NCBI GenBank assembly: GCA_963797685.1
Contig: CAWCQK010000017.1
Span: forward strand, 129,652-193,651
Direction: 5' to 3'
Length of the DNA stretch: 64,000 nt
DNA from: an uncultured Chloroflexia bacterium
GTDB taxonomy: Bacteria > Chloroflexota > Limnocylindria > Limnocylindrales > CSP1-4
A program made the position numbers and the translations under genes. The notes beneath the pieces are model-generated. The model worked only from the letters and a program-made list of their open reading frames with translations. It did no database searches and was not told the DNA's origin. This document shows positions 26,944 through 36,512 of the stretch, in pieces (within the stretch, counting starts at the first letter, position 1; every line of letters starts with the position of its first letter).

Positions 26944-29461
26944 TCAAGCTCGGACGCGGCTGTTGTCGGGGTCGAACAGCGGCGCCGAGCCGACGACCGC
27001 GACGGTCACGGGGTAGCGCTCGCCGAAGTACTCGACCAGAAGCTTGGTCCCGAGCGACCGCCTGCTCCGGGGGCAGATACGACAGCAGGATGTGCTTGCC
27101 GACCGACGGCCCGGAGCCCGCACTGGTCACGAACGAGCGACGGCCCTTGGCGTCCGTGATCGGGCCGCCGTCCGCGGTCAGGATGGGCTCCTTGCCGAGC
27201 ATGTAGCGCTTGACCCCGCTGGCCGAGGTGTTGTCGTCGACCGTGAGGGTGCACAGGGTGACGACCGCCGGCCGTGACCGCTGTTCCAGGTAGGCCTCGC
27301 GTCCGATGAACGCGGCCTCCTTGACCTTGGGCCGGAGCATGTCGGCCTCGACCAGGTCCCATTCGAGCTCGAGCTCGGCGCCGTGTGCGCGATAACCCTT
27401 CTCGAGCCGCCCGGTCGTGCCGTACACGCCGATCCCGAAGGGGACGATGCCGTGCGGCGCCCCCGCTTCGGCCAGCGTGTCCCACAGACGGGCACCCTGC
27501 TCCATCGGGACGTAGAGCTCCCAGCCGAGCTCGCCGACGTACGAGATCCGCGAGGCGAGGACCGGGATGCCGCCGAGCTCGATGGTGCGCGCGGTCCCGA
27601 ACGGGAAGCCCTCGTTCGAGACGTCGTCCGAGGTCGCCGATGCGACCACGTCCCGGGCGCGCGGCCCCCAGATCCCGGCGGTGCACCAGGTCGAGGTCGC
27701 GTCGTACAGCTGCGCTGAGCCGTCGGCCGGCAGGTGGTCGCGGAACCACTTGCGGTCGCCCATCCCGTGCGCACCACCGGTCACGACCCGGAAGAGGTCA
27801 GCGCCGAGTCGCATGATCGTCAGGTCCGACTTGATGCCGCCGGCCTCGTTGAGAAGCGGCGTGTACACGACGCGCCCGACGGGCACGTCCATCTGGGCGA
27901 CCGCCATCTTCTGGACGTGGTCCAATGCTCCGGGCCCGCTGATGTCGAAGATGGCGAACGCCGACAGGTCGATCATCCCGACCCGGTCGCGCATGGCCAG
28001 GTGCTCGGCGTTGATGATCGGCGACCACCAGCGCGATTCCCACTCGGCCGCGCGGGGCATGACCCGGTCGCCGTATTCCTCGAGCAGCTCCTTGTTGGAG
28101 TCGTACCAGAACGGCCGTTCCCAGCCGGCGGTCTCGAAGAAGACGGCCCCGAGCTCTCGCTCGCGCGCGTTGAACGGGCTCAGCCGGACGTTGCGGTTGC
28201 TCGCCCACTGCTCGTTCGGATGGACGATGCCGTAGGTCTTGTTGAACCCTTCGGCCGAGCGCGCCTTGACGTGGTGGCGCGCCTTCTGGTGGTCGTGGAA
28301 GCGGGCGATGTCCGAGCCGTGCGGGTCGATCTCGGGCTTCCCGTCGGTCATCCACTCGGCGAGCATCCTGGCGATCCCGGGCGCCTCCTTGATCCAGATC
28401 GCGGCGGCCGCCCACAGGCCCTTGACCTCGGGCGTCTCGCCCAGGATCGGCATACCGTCGGGGGTCAGCGACAACAGGCCGTTGATCTGGTGCCGGATCC
28501 CGACTCGCTCGTCGCCGAGGATGTCCGGGATGAGCTCGAGGGCCTGCTCCATCTGGAGCTCGAAGTCCTCGGGCGTGAACGGCAGCTCCGTCGGCGACAG
28601 CTTCGATTCGGCGATCGACGGGATCTCGTCGGCGTCCATCAGGATCGCCCGATGAGCGTATGAGCCGACTTCCATGTCGCTGCCGTGCTGGCGCTCGTAG
28701 CAGTTGGTGTCCATGTCGCGCACGATCGGGTAGGTGATCTCGCCCACCGTGTCGGCAAGCATCGGGACAGGCCCGACGCTGATCATCTGGTGGACCGCCG
28801 GCGTGAGCGGGATCGCGGCACCGGCCATCTCGGCGAGCCGCGGGCTCCAGACGCCGGCGGCGATGACCACCACGTCCGCCTCGAAGTCGCCCTTGTCGGT
28901 CCGGACCCGGGTGACGTGCCCGTCCTCGACGTCGATAGCGGTGACCTCGGTCATCGGTGCCAGCCGCAAGGCGCCGAGCGCCTGTGCCTTCTCGCGCATG
29001 AGCGTGCCGGCGCGCAGCGAGTCGACCACGCCGATCCCCGGCGTCGAGAAGCCGCCGAGGATGATGTCGGTGTTGATGTACGGGACCATCGCCTTGATCT
29101 GCTCGGGCGTCACCAGCTCCGACTCGATCCCCCACGAACGCGACGACGCCATCCGGCGCTTGAGCTCCTCCATCCGCTCAGGCGTCCGGGCGACCTCGAT
29201 CCCGCCGCTCTGCGTGAACACGCCGAGCTCCTTGTACTGCTCGACGCTGTCGGCGGTCAGCGCGGTCATCTCGCGCGAGTGGTCGGTCAGGAAGATGAAG
29301 TTCGAGGCGTGCCCGGTCGAGCCGCCGGGGTTGGGCAGCGGGCCCTTCTCGATCTGGACGATGTCCTTCCAGCCCAGCCGCGAGAGGTGGTAGACGAGGC
29401 TGTTGCCGACGATGCCGGCGCCGATGACGACGACGCGCGCCTCGCCCGGTTGCGTGCTCAA
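26944..29461 (-). CDS. dimethylglycine/sarcosine-dehydrogenase-family enzyme (FAD oxidoreductase + GcvT domain) with an apparent +1 frameshift at about 27046-27064
   Basis: VVVIGAGIVGNSLVYHL dinucleotide fold and a GcvT-like C-terminal half. The listed ORF ends in Arg-rich read-through, whereas the +1 frame gives LGTKLLVEYFGERYPVTVAVVGSAPLFDPDNSRVRA* with its stop at 26944-26946, 10 nt before etfB. Confidence 0.85.
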
Positions 29462-29530
29462 TACGTTCCTCCTCGGGGCGTCCTGCGCGACGGTGCGTGA
29501 CGGCGGACGACGATGTCGTGGCCCGCCATT

Positions 29531-30379
29531 CTACTGTCCGGGCAGCCGCCAATGATCGCCCCAGGAGAGGTCGACTTCGACCGGCCGGATCCGGTCGTAA
29601 CCGGACCATGGATACGCCGCGTACTCGCCGAACCAGATCTCGCCGTCGACGAGGTACAGGTCGACCCGCACGTGATCGAACCCGCGGCCGAGGTCGGCGG
29701 CCACCTCGACCAGACGCTTCAAATTCGCCGGGGGAGGCTGACCCGGATCCGACGGCTGCATCGAGGCGACCGTGATCGGCTCCCACTCGCTGGTGAAGAA
29801 GGTCCGGAGGTGGACCGGTTCGTTGCGGCCGCGGCTGACGAGGAGGAACCGCACCACGCCATCGAACACGAAGATCTTGTAGTCCGTGGGCGGTTTCGGC
29901 CCGGCACCGATGAACGTTTCGACCAGGAACCCCGGCCGGGCTTTCGAGTACGCCCATTCGCGCAGCCGGACGAACTCGCGCCGATCGAGCCAATCGGCCG
30001 TCTTCGCCGCCAGGGCGGCGGCTGCGGCGGCATCGACCTGGCCCGTCCCGACGTGCGCCCGGCCACTGCTGTTGTTCGGCTTGAGGACCCAGCGCTCCGG
30101 CAACGCGACCTCGGCGAGATCGGCCAGGTCGGTGCCCACCCAGACGACGTCGGGGAACCGGATGTCCGGCCGGCGTCTTGCGGCCTCGGTCTTGCCCGCC
30201 AGCTTGTCGCAGGTCCAGACGAGGTCCTCGTTGCGGTCGTTGAGGATCCGCCAGTTGACCTTCTCGGTGTAACGCCGTGGGTCCGACAGGCTCGGCCAGA
30301 CCCCGTGCGACTGGCGGTACTTGAGCGATCGGTAGAGCCGATCGGGCAGGGCCCGTCCGAGGCGCTGCCGGGGCGTCAC
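29531..30379 (-). CDS. TupA-like ATP-grasp family protein
   Basis: LSDPRRYTEKVNWRIL, WVLKPNNSSGR, PTDYKIFVFDGVV and VRVDLYLVDGEIWFGE fit the TupA-like ATP-grasp pattern. The likely GTG start at 30379 is used rather than 30457. Confidence 0.7.
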   Translation of the reverse strand: MTPRQRLGRALPDRLYRSLKYRQSHGVWPSLSDPRRYTEKVNWRILNDRNEDLVWTCDKLAGKTEAARRRPDIRFPDVVWVGTDLADLAEVALPERWVLKPNNSSGRAHVGTGQVDAAAAAALAAKTADWLDRREFVRLREWAYSKARPGFLVETFIGAGPKPPTDYKIFVFDGVVRFLLVSRGRNEPVHLRTFFTSEWEPITVASMQPSDPGQPPPANLKRLVEVAADLGRGFDHVRVDLYLVDGEIWFGEYAAYPWSGYDRIRPVEVDLSWGDHWRLPGQ

Positions 30380-30423
30380 GGCTCCGCCTCGTCCACGTGG
30401 CCGAGTATCGCATCCGGGCACTG

Positions 30424-30500
30424 GTTGGACACCGTCCGCTTCCCGCAACGGGACCACCGAGCGACCGGAGGCGCGTCATGACCCAGCCGGCGTCCACCGG
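30424..30500. repeat. copy 1 of an about 77-nt direct repeat (5' leader, SD and first codons of the VOC gene at 32080)
   Basis: GTCCGCTTCCCGCAACGGGACCACCGAGCGACCGGAGGCGCGTCATGACCCAG is nearly identical to 32034-32088, with one extra G in copy 2. The flanks are also similar. Confidence 0.9.
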
Positions 30501-30636
30501 CGCCGGACAGCCATCAGGGCGCTCGAGGTGCCGGGTCGGCCCGTTGACGCGATGCACCGGGAAGCGCAAGGGACGGGTCGAGTCCCTTGTCCGCGTCCGA
30601 GGTGCCGTCTAGGCTGTCGGCCAGGAGGATGCCCCG

Positions 30637-31998
30637 ATGACGAACCGCTTCCGCGCGGCCGGCGCCGCGCTCCTTGCCCTCGCCGCCATCGTGGCGGGGT
30701 CCGGCGTAGCTGCGGCGGACACGCCGAAGGTCGCGTTCTCGGCACCGGTCCGCCTGGGCTTTCCGGGCGGCGACGACTGGGAGCCCTCGGTCGCAGCCGA
30801 CGCGTACGGACACCTGTATGCCTTCTGGACCCACTACGTCGGGTACGCCGGAGGGGCGACCGGCGATGTCGACCCGACCTGCCCCGCTTGCGGCAGCCCG
30901 CACATGGATCTCCAGGTCTCGGTCGACGGCGGCGTCACCTGGAGCCAGCCGAGGGCCCCGTTCCCGACCCTCACCCGGGAGGACGACCCGCAGATCGTCG
31001 TCGACCCGGCGGACGGCCGGACGCTCTACGCCTCGTACATGCAGAACAACAAGTCGAGCCAGTACGTGGCCCGCTCCGACGACTTCGGGGTCCATTGGCG
31101 GACGATGCTCGTGGAGCCGCTCCAGCGGGGTACCGACAAGGACATCCTGGCCGTGCGTGGGCCGAACGTGTACCTCGTCTACCACACGCTTCAGAAGATC
31201 TTCGTGTCACAGTCACACGACGGCGGGACGACGTGGGCGACGACCAACCTGCTGAACGGCACGACCAACTCGCAATTCGGCCAGTCCCTCCCGAGTGGCG
31301 GCGCGGTGGACGCGAGCGGGAACGTCTACTTCGCCTGGGATGGCGTCAACAACACCGGCCAGGCAAAGGGCACCATCAACCTGTATGTCACGAAGTCCAC
31401 GGACCGCGGCACCACCTGGACGACGTCGCTCGTCGACGTCTCGCAGGCGCCGCCCGACTGCGGCTGCAAGGGTTGGGACTACTGGGGCGGCCAGATGGCG
31501 CTGGGCGTCGACGCCCCGGGCCACGTCTACGTCCTGTGGCAGGCGACCCGGGTCAAGTTCGGACCACAGCGGATGTACTTCGCGCACTCCATGGACGGTG
31601 GGCAGACGTGGTCGGCGCCACGCGACGTGTCGGCCGCCCCGGTCGGCGCCAACCATGCGTTCCCGGGCGTGGTCGCGACCGGCAACGGCGACGTCCGGAT
31701 CGCGTGGATGGACGATCGCAACGGCTTCGACGCCGGCAGCAGCGACCCGAACGCCCGCTGGAATACGTACTACCGTGCGTCGAGCGACGGCGGTGCGTCG
31801 TGGTCGGCCGAGACGCAGCTGTCGGCCTACACGCCCGGCTACAGCTACGAGCTCGCGACGCCGAAGGACGGCTATCTCCAGCCATACGGCGACTACCTCG
31901 AGATGGACATCGACAGCCACGGCAAGACCGTCGTGGTGTGGGGCGAGGGCAACGGCTACGTCGGGCCGGGAAACGTGTGGTTTACGCGTCAGCAATGA
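30637..31998 (+). CDS. secreted BNR/Asp-box repeat protein (sialidase-like six-bladed propeller)
   Basis: Signal peptide (AAGAALLALAAIVAGSGVAAA) and six SxDxGxTW boxes: SVDGGVTW, SDDFGVHW, SHDGGTTW, STDRGTTW, SMDGGQTW, SSDGGASW. Confidence 0.85.
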   Translation: MTNRFRAAGAALLALAAIVAGSGVAAADTPKVAFSAPVRLGFPGGDDWEPSVAADAYGHLYAFWTHYVGYAGGATGDVDPTCPACGSPHMDLQVSVDGGVTWSQPRAPFPTLTREDDPQIVVDPADGRTLYASYMQNNKSSQYVARSDDFGVHWRTMLVEPLQRGTDKDILAVRGPNVYLVYHTLQKIFVSQSHDGGTTWATTNLLNGTTNSQFGQSLPSGGAVDASGNVYFAWDGVNNTGQAKGTINLYVTKSTDRGTTWTTSLVDVSQAPPDCGCKGWDYWGGQMALGVDAPGHVYVLWQATRVKFGPQRMYFAHSMDGGQTWSAPRDVSAAPVGANHAFPGVVATGNGDVRIAWMDDRNGFDAGSSDPNARWNTYYRASSDGGASWSAETQLSAYTPGYSYELATPKDGYLQPYGDYLEMDIDSHGKTVVVWGEGNGYVGPGNVWFTRQQ

Positions 31999-32024
31999 CG
32001 AGGTAACGCTCGCGACGGCAGCCG

Positions 32025-32102
32025 GTGGGATACTGTCCGCTTCCCGCAACGGGGACCACCGAGCGACCGGAGGCGCGTCATGACCCAGGCAACGTCCACC
32101 CT
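32025..32102. repeat. copy 2 of the about 77-nt direct repeat
   Basis: See copy 1. It includes the real SD (GGAGG) and the ATG of the VOC gene at 32080. Confidence 0.9.
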
Positions 32103-32859
32103 CGTCAACGAGCCGGCATGGGTCGATCTGTCCAGCTCCGACGCCCAGGCGTCACGCGCCTTCTACTCAGGCCTGTTCGGCTGGACGGCCGACGTCAACC
32201 CGGACCCGCAGTACGGCGGCTACGCGATGGCGAAGATCGGTGACCACGACGTGGCCGGGATCGGGCCGACGCAGAGCCCCGGTCAGCCGACGGCCTGGAA
32301 CGTCTACATCGGGACCGACGACGCCGAGGGGCTCGCGGCGCGGGTGCAGGCTGCCGGAGGGACGGTCGTGGCCGCCCCGTTCGACGTCGGCGACCAGGGC
32401 CGCATGGCGGTCTTCCAGGACCCGTCGGGCGCCTTCATCTCCGCATGGCAGGCGACCGAGATGGGCGGCTTCGCGACCGGGTCAGCGAATGCCTACGGCT
32501 GGGCCGAGCTGAGCGCCCGCGGGCTCGACCAGGACATCCCGTTCTACAGCCAGGTCTTCGGCTGGACCACGCGGACCAGCGACATGGGCGAGGACCAGCC
32601 GCCCTACACCGAGTTCCTGCTCGATGGCCGGAGCGTCGCCGGCGCGATGGAGATGAACCCGATGGTGCCGGCCCAGGCGCCGAGCTACTGGCTGGTCTAC
32701 TTCAGCGTCGATGACGTGGACGCGACGTACGGCAAGGCGATCGCCGGCGGCGCCCAGGAGACGCTGGCGCCGAGCGACTTCCCGGGCGGCCGGTTCGCGA
32801 TCCTGACGGACCCGCAGGGGGCGGCGTTCGGGCTGCTCAAGCTGAGCGGGCCGCGCTGA
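32080..32859 (+). CDS. two-domain VOC (glyoxalase/bleomycin-resistance fold) protein
   Basis: Two repeats of the pattern WVDLSSSDAQASRAFYSGLFGW...GRMAVFQDPSGAFISAWQ and WAELSARGLDQDIPFYSQVFGW...GRFAILTDPQGAAFGLLK. Confidence 0.85.
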   Translation: MTQATSTLVNEPAWVDLSSSDAQASRAFYSGLFGWTADVNPDPQYGGYAMAKIGDHDVAGIGPTQSPGQPTAWNVYIGTDDAEGLAARVQAAGGTVVAAPFDVGDQGRMAVFQDPSGAFISAWQATEMGGFATGSANAYGWAELSARGLDQDIPFYSQVFGWTTRTSDMGEDQPPYTEFLLDGRSVAGAMEMNPMVPAQAPSYWLVYFSVDDVDATYGKAIAGGAQETLAPSDFPGGRFAILTDPQGAAFGLLKLSGPR

Positions 32860-32867
32860 CAGTCTCG

Positions 32868-33299
32868 ATGGAGATACGACCGAAGCAGCCCACGACCAAG
32901 GCGCCATCCGAGACGTTCACCGGGGACGCCTGGATCGACGTGGTCGCACGAGGCGAGGAGCCATCGCGCGTCCGTGTCAACGTCGTCCGGTTCGCGCCGG
33001 GCGCGCGCAACGCCTGGCACGCCCACGCTGTCGGCCAGACCGTCCACGTGATCGACGGTGTCGGGCGGATCCAGGCTCGCGGTGGCGAGGTCCTCGAGAT
33101 CCAGCCCGGCGACACGATCCACACGCCACCCGGGGAGTGGCACTGGCACGGCGCCGCGCCTGACCGGTTCATGACCCATCTCGCGATCTGGGAGGCGCCG
33201 GCGTCAGGCCCGGAGTCCGAGTGGGGCGATCAGGTCACCGACGAGGAGTACGCCGGTCGTCCCGCCGCTAGCCGAGCCACTTCGGCTGGGTCAGACTGA
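32868..33299 (+). CDS. cupin-domain protein
   Basis: VVRFAPGARNAWHAHAVGQTVHVIDG...GDTIHTPPGEWHWHGA is a cupin metal-site pattern. Confidence 0.8.
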   Translation: MEIRPKQPTTKAPSETFTGDAWIDVVARGEEPSRVRVNVVRFAPGARNAWHAHAVGQTVHVIDGVGRIQARGGEVLEIQPGDTIHTPPGEWHWHGAAPDRFMTHLAIWEAPASGPESEWGDQVTDEEYAGRPAASRATSAGSD

Positions 33300-33681
33300 A
33301 CCAGTTCCCGGAGTCGTCCCGGAAGAGCGCTTCGATCCCGTAGGGCCGTTCGGCCGGCTCCTGGAGGAACGTGACGCCCTTCGCCGACAGCTCCTCGAAC
33401 GTCTTCTGGCAGTCGGGAGTCTCGAACACCCCGCCGCCGAGCGAGCCCTTCGCGACGAGCGCGCGCACGGCCTCGGCGTCCTCGGCGCTGAACATCGGCG
33501 GCGCCGGGTAGGCGAGGAGGATGTCGAGATCCTTCTGGTCCTTCGGGCCGACCGTGAGCCAGCGGAAGCCATCCAGCGTCGCGTCGTTGCGAAGCTCGAA
33601 GCCGAGGGTCTCGGTATAGAACGCCTTTGCCCGGTCCTGGTCGAGCACGAACACGTTGACGTGATTGAGGCGGCTGATCAT
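33268..33681 (-). CDS. VOC/glyoxalase-family protein
   Basis: ISRLNHVNVFVLDQDRAKAFYTETLGFEL...YGIEALFRDDSGNWFSLTQ. The ATG forms an ATGA overlap with the AraC stop. Confidence 0.8.
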   Translation of the reverse strand: MISRLNHVNVFVLDQDRAKAFYTETLGFELRNDATLDGFRWLTVGPKDQKDLDILLAYPAPPMFSAEDAEAVRALVAKGSLGGGVFETPDCQKTFEELSAKGVTFLQEPAERPYGIEALFRDDSGNWFSLTQPKWLG

Positions 33682-34163
33682 CAGTGCTCCTTCGCCTGTG
33701 GTTCGTCGCCCAACGTAGCCCGGTCGAGGTGGGCCGCGCTTCTTCCCGCTTGCTGACCTTCCGGGTGCGGCCGAGTCCACATCAGCACCATGCATCCGGG
33801 GATCGGCGGGACACCGGTCCGTGTGACCGCGTCGTCCCGATATCCACTGGGCGACGCTCCGACGAGCTCGCGGAAACGCGCGCTGAACGAACCGAGGCTC
33901 GAGAAGCCGACGAGGAAGCAGATCTCGGTGACCGACAGGTTCGCGGTTCGCAGCAGGGTCTTCGCACGCTCGATCCGGCGTCGGGTCAGGTAGGCCCGGG
34001 GCGTCTCGCCGTACGCCGCGGCGAACCCCCGGGCGAAATGGAAGCGCGAGTAGCCGGCTTCGCGAGCCATGGCGTCGAGGTCGAGCGGCTCCGCGTAGTC
34101 GCGATCGATCAGGTCACGGGCTCGCCGCAGCGCCGGGAGAAGGAACGATGCATTCTCGGTCAT
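33681..34163 (-). CDS. AraC-family transcriptional regulator
   Basis: LDLDAMAREAGYSRFHFARGFAAAYGETPRAYLTRRRIERAKTLLRTANLSVTEICFLVGFSSLGSFSARF is a double AraC HTH. Confidence 0.85.
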   Translation of the reverse strand: MTENASFLLPALRRARDLIDRDYAEPLDLDAMAREAGYSRFHFARGFAAAYGETPRAYLTRRRIERAKTLLRTANLSVTEICFLVGFSSLGSFSARFRELVGASPSGYRDDAVTRTGVPPIPGCMVLMWTRPHPEGQQAGRSAAHLDRATLGDEPQAKEH

Positions 34164-34246
34164 GAGCGTCCTGAACGATATCGCTCCGGGCGTTACGCCT
34201 GGGCGCGGGACCGGGAGCAGCTCATGTCGGTGCCCTCCAGCGTATC

Positions 34247-35764
34247 GTGACGCCGATGACTGCCTCGACCACCGCGCTGGCGCACGGATCGACAGACCAG
34301 ACGGGCCTCAACGCGCGGCAGCGGCTCCTGCTCGCCCTGATCCTGACCGGCCAGTTCATGGCCGTCCTCGACGCGTCGATCGTGAACGTGGCCATCCCGA
34401 CGATCCGGCGTGACCTTCATGCGACCGGTGCCGAGCTGCAGCTCATCGTGGCCAGCTACGTCATCGCCTATGCCGTGCTGCTCATCACGGGCGCACGGCT
34501 GGGCCAGCGGTTCGGGTTCCGGCCGACGTTCATCTGGGGCCTCGCGATCTTCACGGGGGCGTCGCTCGCATGCGGGCTCGCGCCCGATAGCCAGACGCTG
34601 ATCGTCGTCCGGGCGATCCAAGGCGCGGGAGCGGCGCTGATGGTGCCCCAGGTCTTCAGCCTCATCCAGCGCAACTTCGCGGGACCGACGAGGGCCCAGG
34701 CGCTGAGCTTGTGGGCAGCGACGCTCGCGCTCGGCGGCGTCGTCGGGCAGGTACTGGGCGGCCTCCTCGTCACCGCCGATCTGTTCGGAACCGGCTGGCG
34801 GCCGGTGTTCCTGGTGAACGTGCCGATCGGCCTGATCCTCCTGGCGGCCTCGATCCGCCTCCTGCCGGTGGACGTCCGGGCGCCTGCCCGGCCATTGGAT
34901 CTCGGTGGGCTGGTCTCACTCGCAGCTGCCGTATTGCTCCTCGTCGTACCGCTCGTCCTTGGGAACGAGGAAGGCTGGCCAGTGTGGGCCTTCGCCTCGC
35001 TCGCCCTGAGCGGTGTCGCGATCGTCCTCTTCGCCCTGATCGAGCGGTACGTCGAGCGCAGCGGGGGCGCACCGCTCATCGCGGCTCGCGTCGTGCGAGC
35101 AGCAGGAATGCCGGCCGCGCTCGTCGCGATCGTCCTGGCGATGGCCTCCTACGGCGGCTTTCTGTTCACGTTCACCCAGCACCTCCAGATCGGCCTGCGC
35201 GACACGCCGCTCCAGGCTGGATTGACGTTCGTGCCGATGGCACTGGGCTTCGCCTTGGCGAGCCTCAACTGGCGTCGCCTGCCCGTCGCCTGGCATCAGC
35301 TCGTGATCCCGGCTGGCTGCATCATCGCCGTGGTCGGCTATTCGCTGACGGCGATCGCTGCGTCCAGCGGTGGCGATGGGGGCTTCCTGCTACCCGTCGG
35401 CCTGTTCGTCGCGGGGTTCGGACAGGGCATGGCCGCGAGCCCGATCCTGACCGTCGCCCTGTCCAAGGTCGCACCACAGGACGCTTCCGACGCGAGCGGT
35501 GTGGTCACCACGGTCATCCAGCTCGGACTGGTCATCGGTGTCGCGACGTTCGGCAGCGTGTTCCTCAATCAGGCCGCGTTGCCTGGAGCCCAGCCGACGG
35601 TCGGCGCGATCACGCTCACCCTCGGGCTCATCGTCATCGCGCTCGTGGGGTGCGCCGTCGCATCGACCGCGATGGTCCGCGCCCAACGGTCGTCGTCTGT
35701 GGCATTCGGGGATGCCGTCCAGGACGCGGATGGCACTGCGCCGGCGATCACGACCGCCGAATGA
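34247..35764 (+). CDS. MFS transporter, DHA2 (EmrB/QacA, 14-TMS) type
   Basis: LILTGQFMAVLDASIVNVAIPTI and GARLGQRFGFR motifs, and about 14 hydrophobic segments. It is divergent from the AraC gene. Confidence 0.9.
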   Translation: MTPMTASTTALAHGSTDQTGLNARQRLLLALILTGQFMAVLDASIVNVAIPTIRRDLHATGAELQLIVASYVIAYAVLLITGARLGQRFGFRPTFIWGLAIFTGASLACGLAPDSQTLIVVRAIQGAGAALMVPQVFSLIQRNFAGPTRAQALSLWAATLALGGVVGQVLGGLLVTADLFGTGWRPVFLVNVPIGLILLAASIRLLPVDVRAPARPLDLGGLVSLAAAVLLLVVPLVLGNEEGWPVWAFASLALSGVAIVLFALIERYVERSGGAPLIAARVVRAAGMPAALVAIVLAMASYGGFLFTFTQHLQIGLRDTPLQAGLTFVPMALGFALASLNWRRLPVAWHQLVIPAGCIIAVVGYSLTAIAASSGGDGGFLLPVGLFVAGFGQGMAASPILTVALSKVAPQDASDASGVVTTVIQLGLVIGVATFGSVFLNQAALPGAQPTVGAITLTLGLIVIALVGCAVASTAMVRAQRSSSVAFGDAVQDADGTAPAITTAE

Positions 35765-36423
35765 GCCGGGGCGCCGTGACCATCGCGCGCCAGGAAGAGG
35801 GTCGGTCCGGTTCTGCGGCATCGTGGCGGCGATCGATCGCGATCGCCGTCGGCGGCGGCCTGGTCGTCGGTGCCCTGACGTCGATCGGCCAGGGGACGCT
35901 CCCCGACGAGGTTCGGTCGCTTGCGAACGGATCCGCGCCGTGGTCGGCGGCCGCATTCGTCCTGGCCGTAGTCGCCGGCCGGCGTGAGACGTTCCGTTCC
36001 TCAGTCCTCGCCGCCGCGGCGCTCCTGGCGATGCTGGCCGGTTACAGCCTGATGGCCACGCTCCGCGGCTTTCCTGTCGGCCCGTCGATGACCCTGTTCT
36101 GGGTCGCCGCGGCCGTCGTCGCGGGGCCCGTGTTGGGCGTCGGCGCCGCGTGGAGCCAGGGCACCGATCGGCCGAAAGCGGCGGCCGGGGTCGCGATCCT
36201 TGCGTCGATCCTCGTCGGCGAGGCTGTCTACGGGCTGAGCGTCATCGCCGGCTCGACGTCACCCGCCTACTGGACGGCGCAGCTCGTCGTCGGGCTGGGT
36301 CTCGTCGCGTTACTGGGCTATCACCTCAGGAGCTGGGCCGGTCTCGTCCTGTGCGCTGCCTTGTCGGCCGCGGGGGCGGCGGCATTCGCCTTCCTCTATT
36401 CGAACCTCACGGGCCTGGCCTGA
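35761..36423 (+). CDS. hypothetical integral membrane protein (about 6 TM)
   Basis: ATGA overlap with the MFS stop. Hydrophobic helices ([58 protein letters not shown] and others). Family not recognised with confidence. Confidence 0.6.
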   Translation: MSRGAVTIARQEEGRSGSAASWRRSIAIAVGGGLVVGALTSIGQGTLPDEVRSLANGSAPWSAAAFVLAVVAGRRETFRSSVLAAAALLAMLAGYSLMATLRGFPVGPSMTLFWVAAAVVAGPVLGVGAAWSQGTDRPKAAAGVAILASILVGEAVYGLSVIAGSTSPAYWTAQLVVGLGLVALLGYHLRSWAGLVLCAALSAAGAAAFAFLYSNLTGLA

Positions 36424-36512
36424 CCTTCGCGTTTCTCGCCGCTTGCTCCGGTAGGGCCTCGGGTATCGTCACAGGGCGCTGGTCGCCTGCCAGCAGCTTT
36501 GGAGGAAGACCG

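Noticed and set aside
30478-30612. A 44-codon ORF (MTQPASTGAGQPSGRSRCRV...) starting in repeat copy 1, considered as a real leader peptide or gene.
   Set aside because: Only its first approximately 7 codons are inherited from the VOC gene. The rest is Arg/Gly-rich with no sign of conservation. I treat it as a by-product of the duplication.
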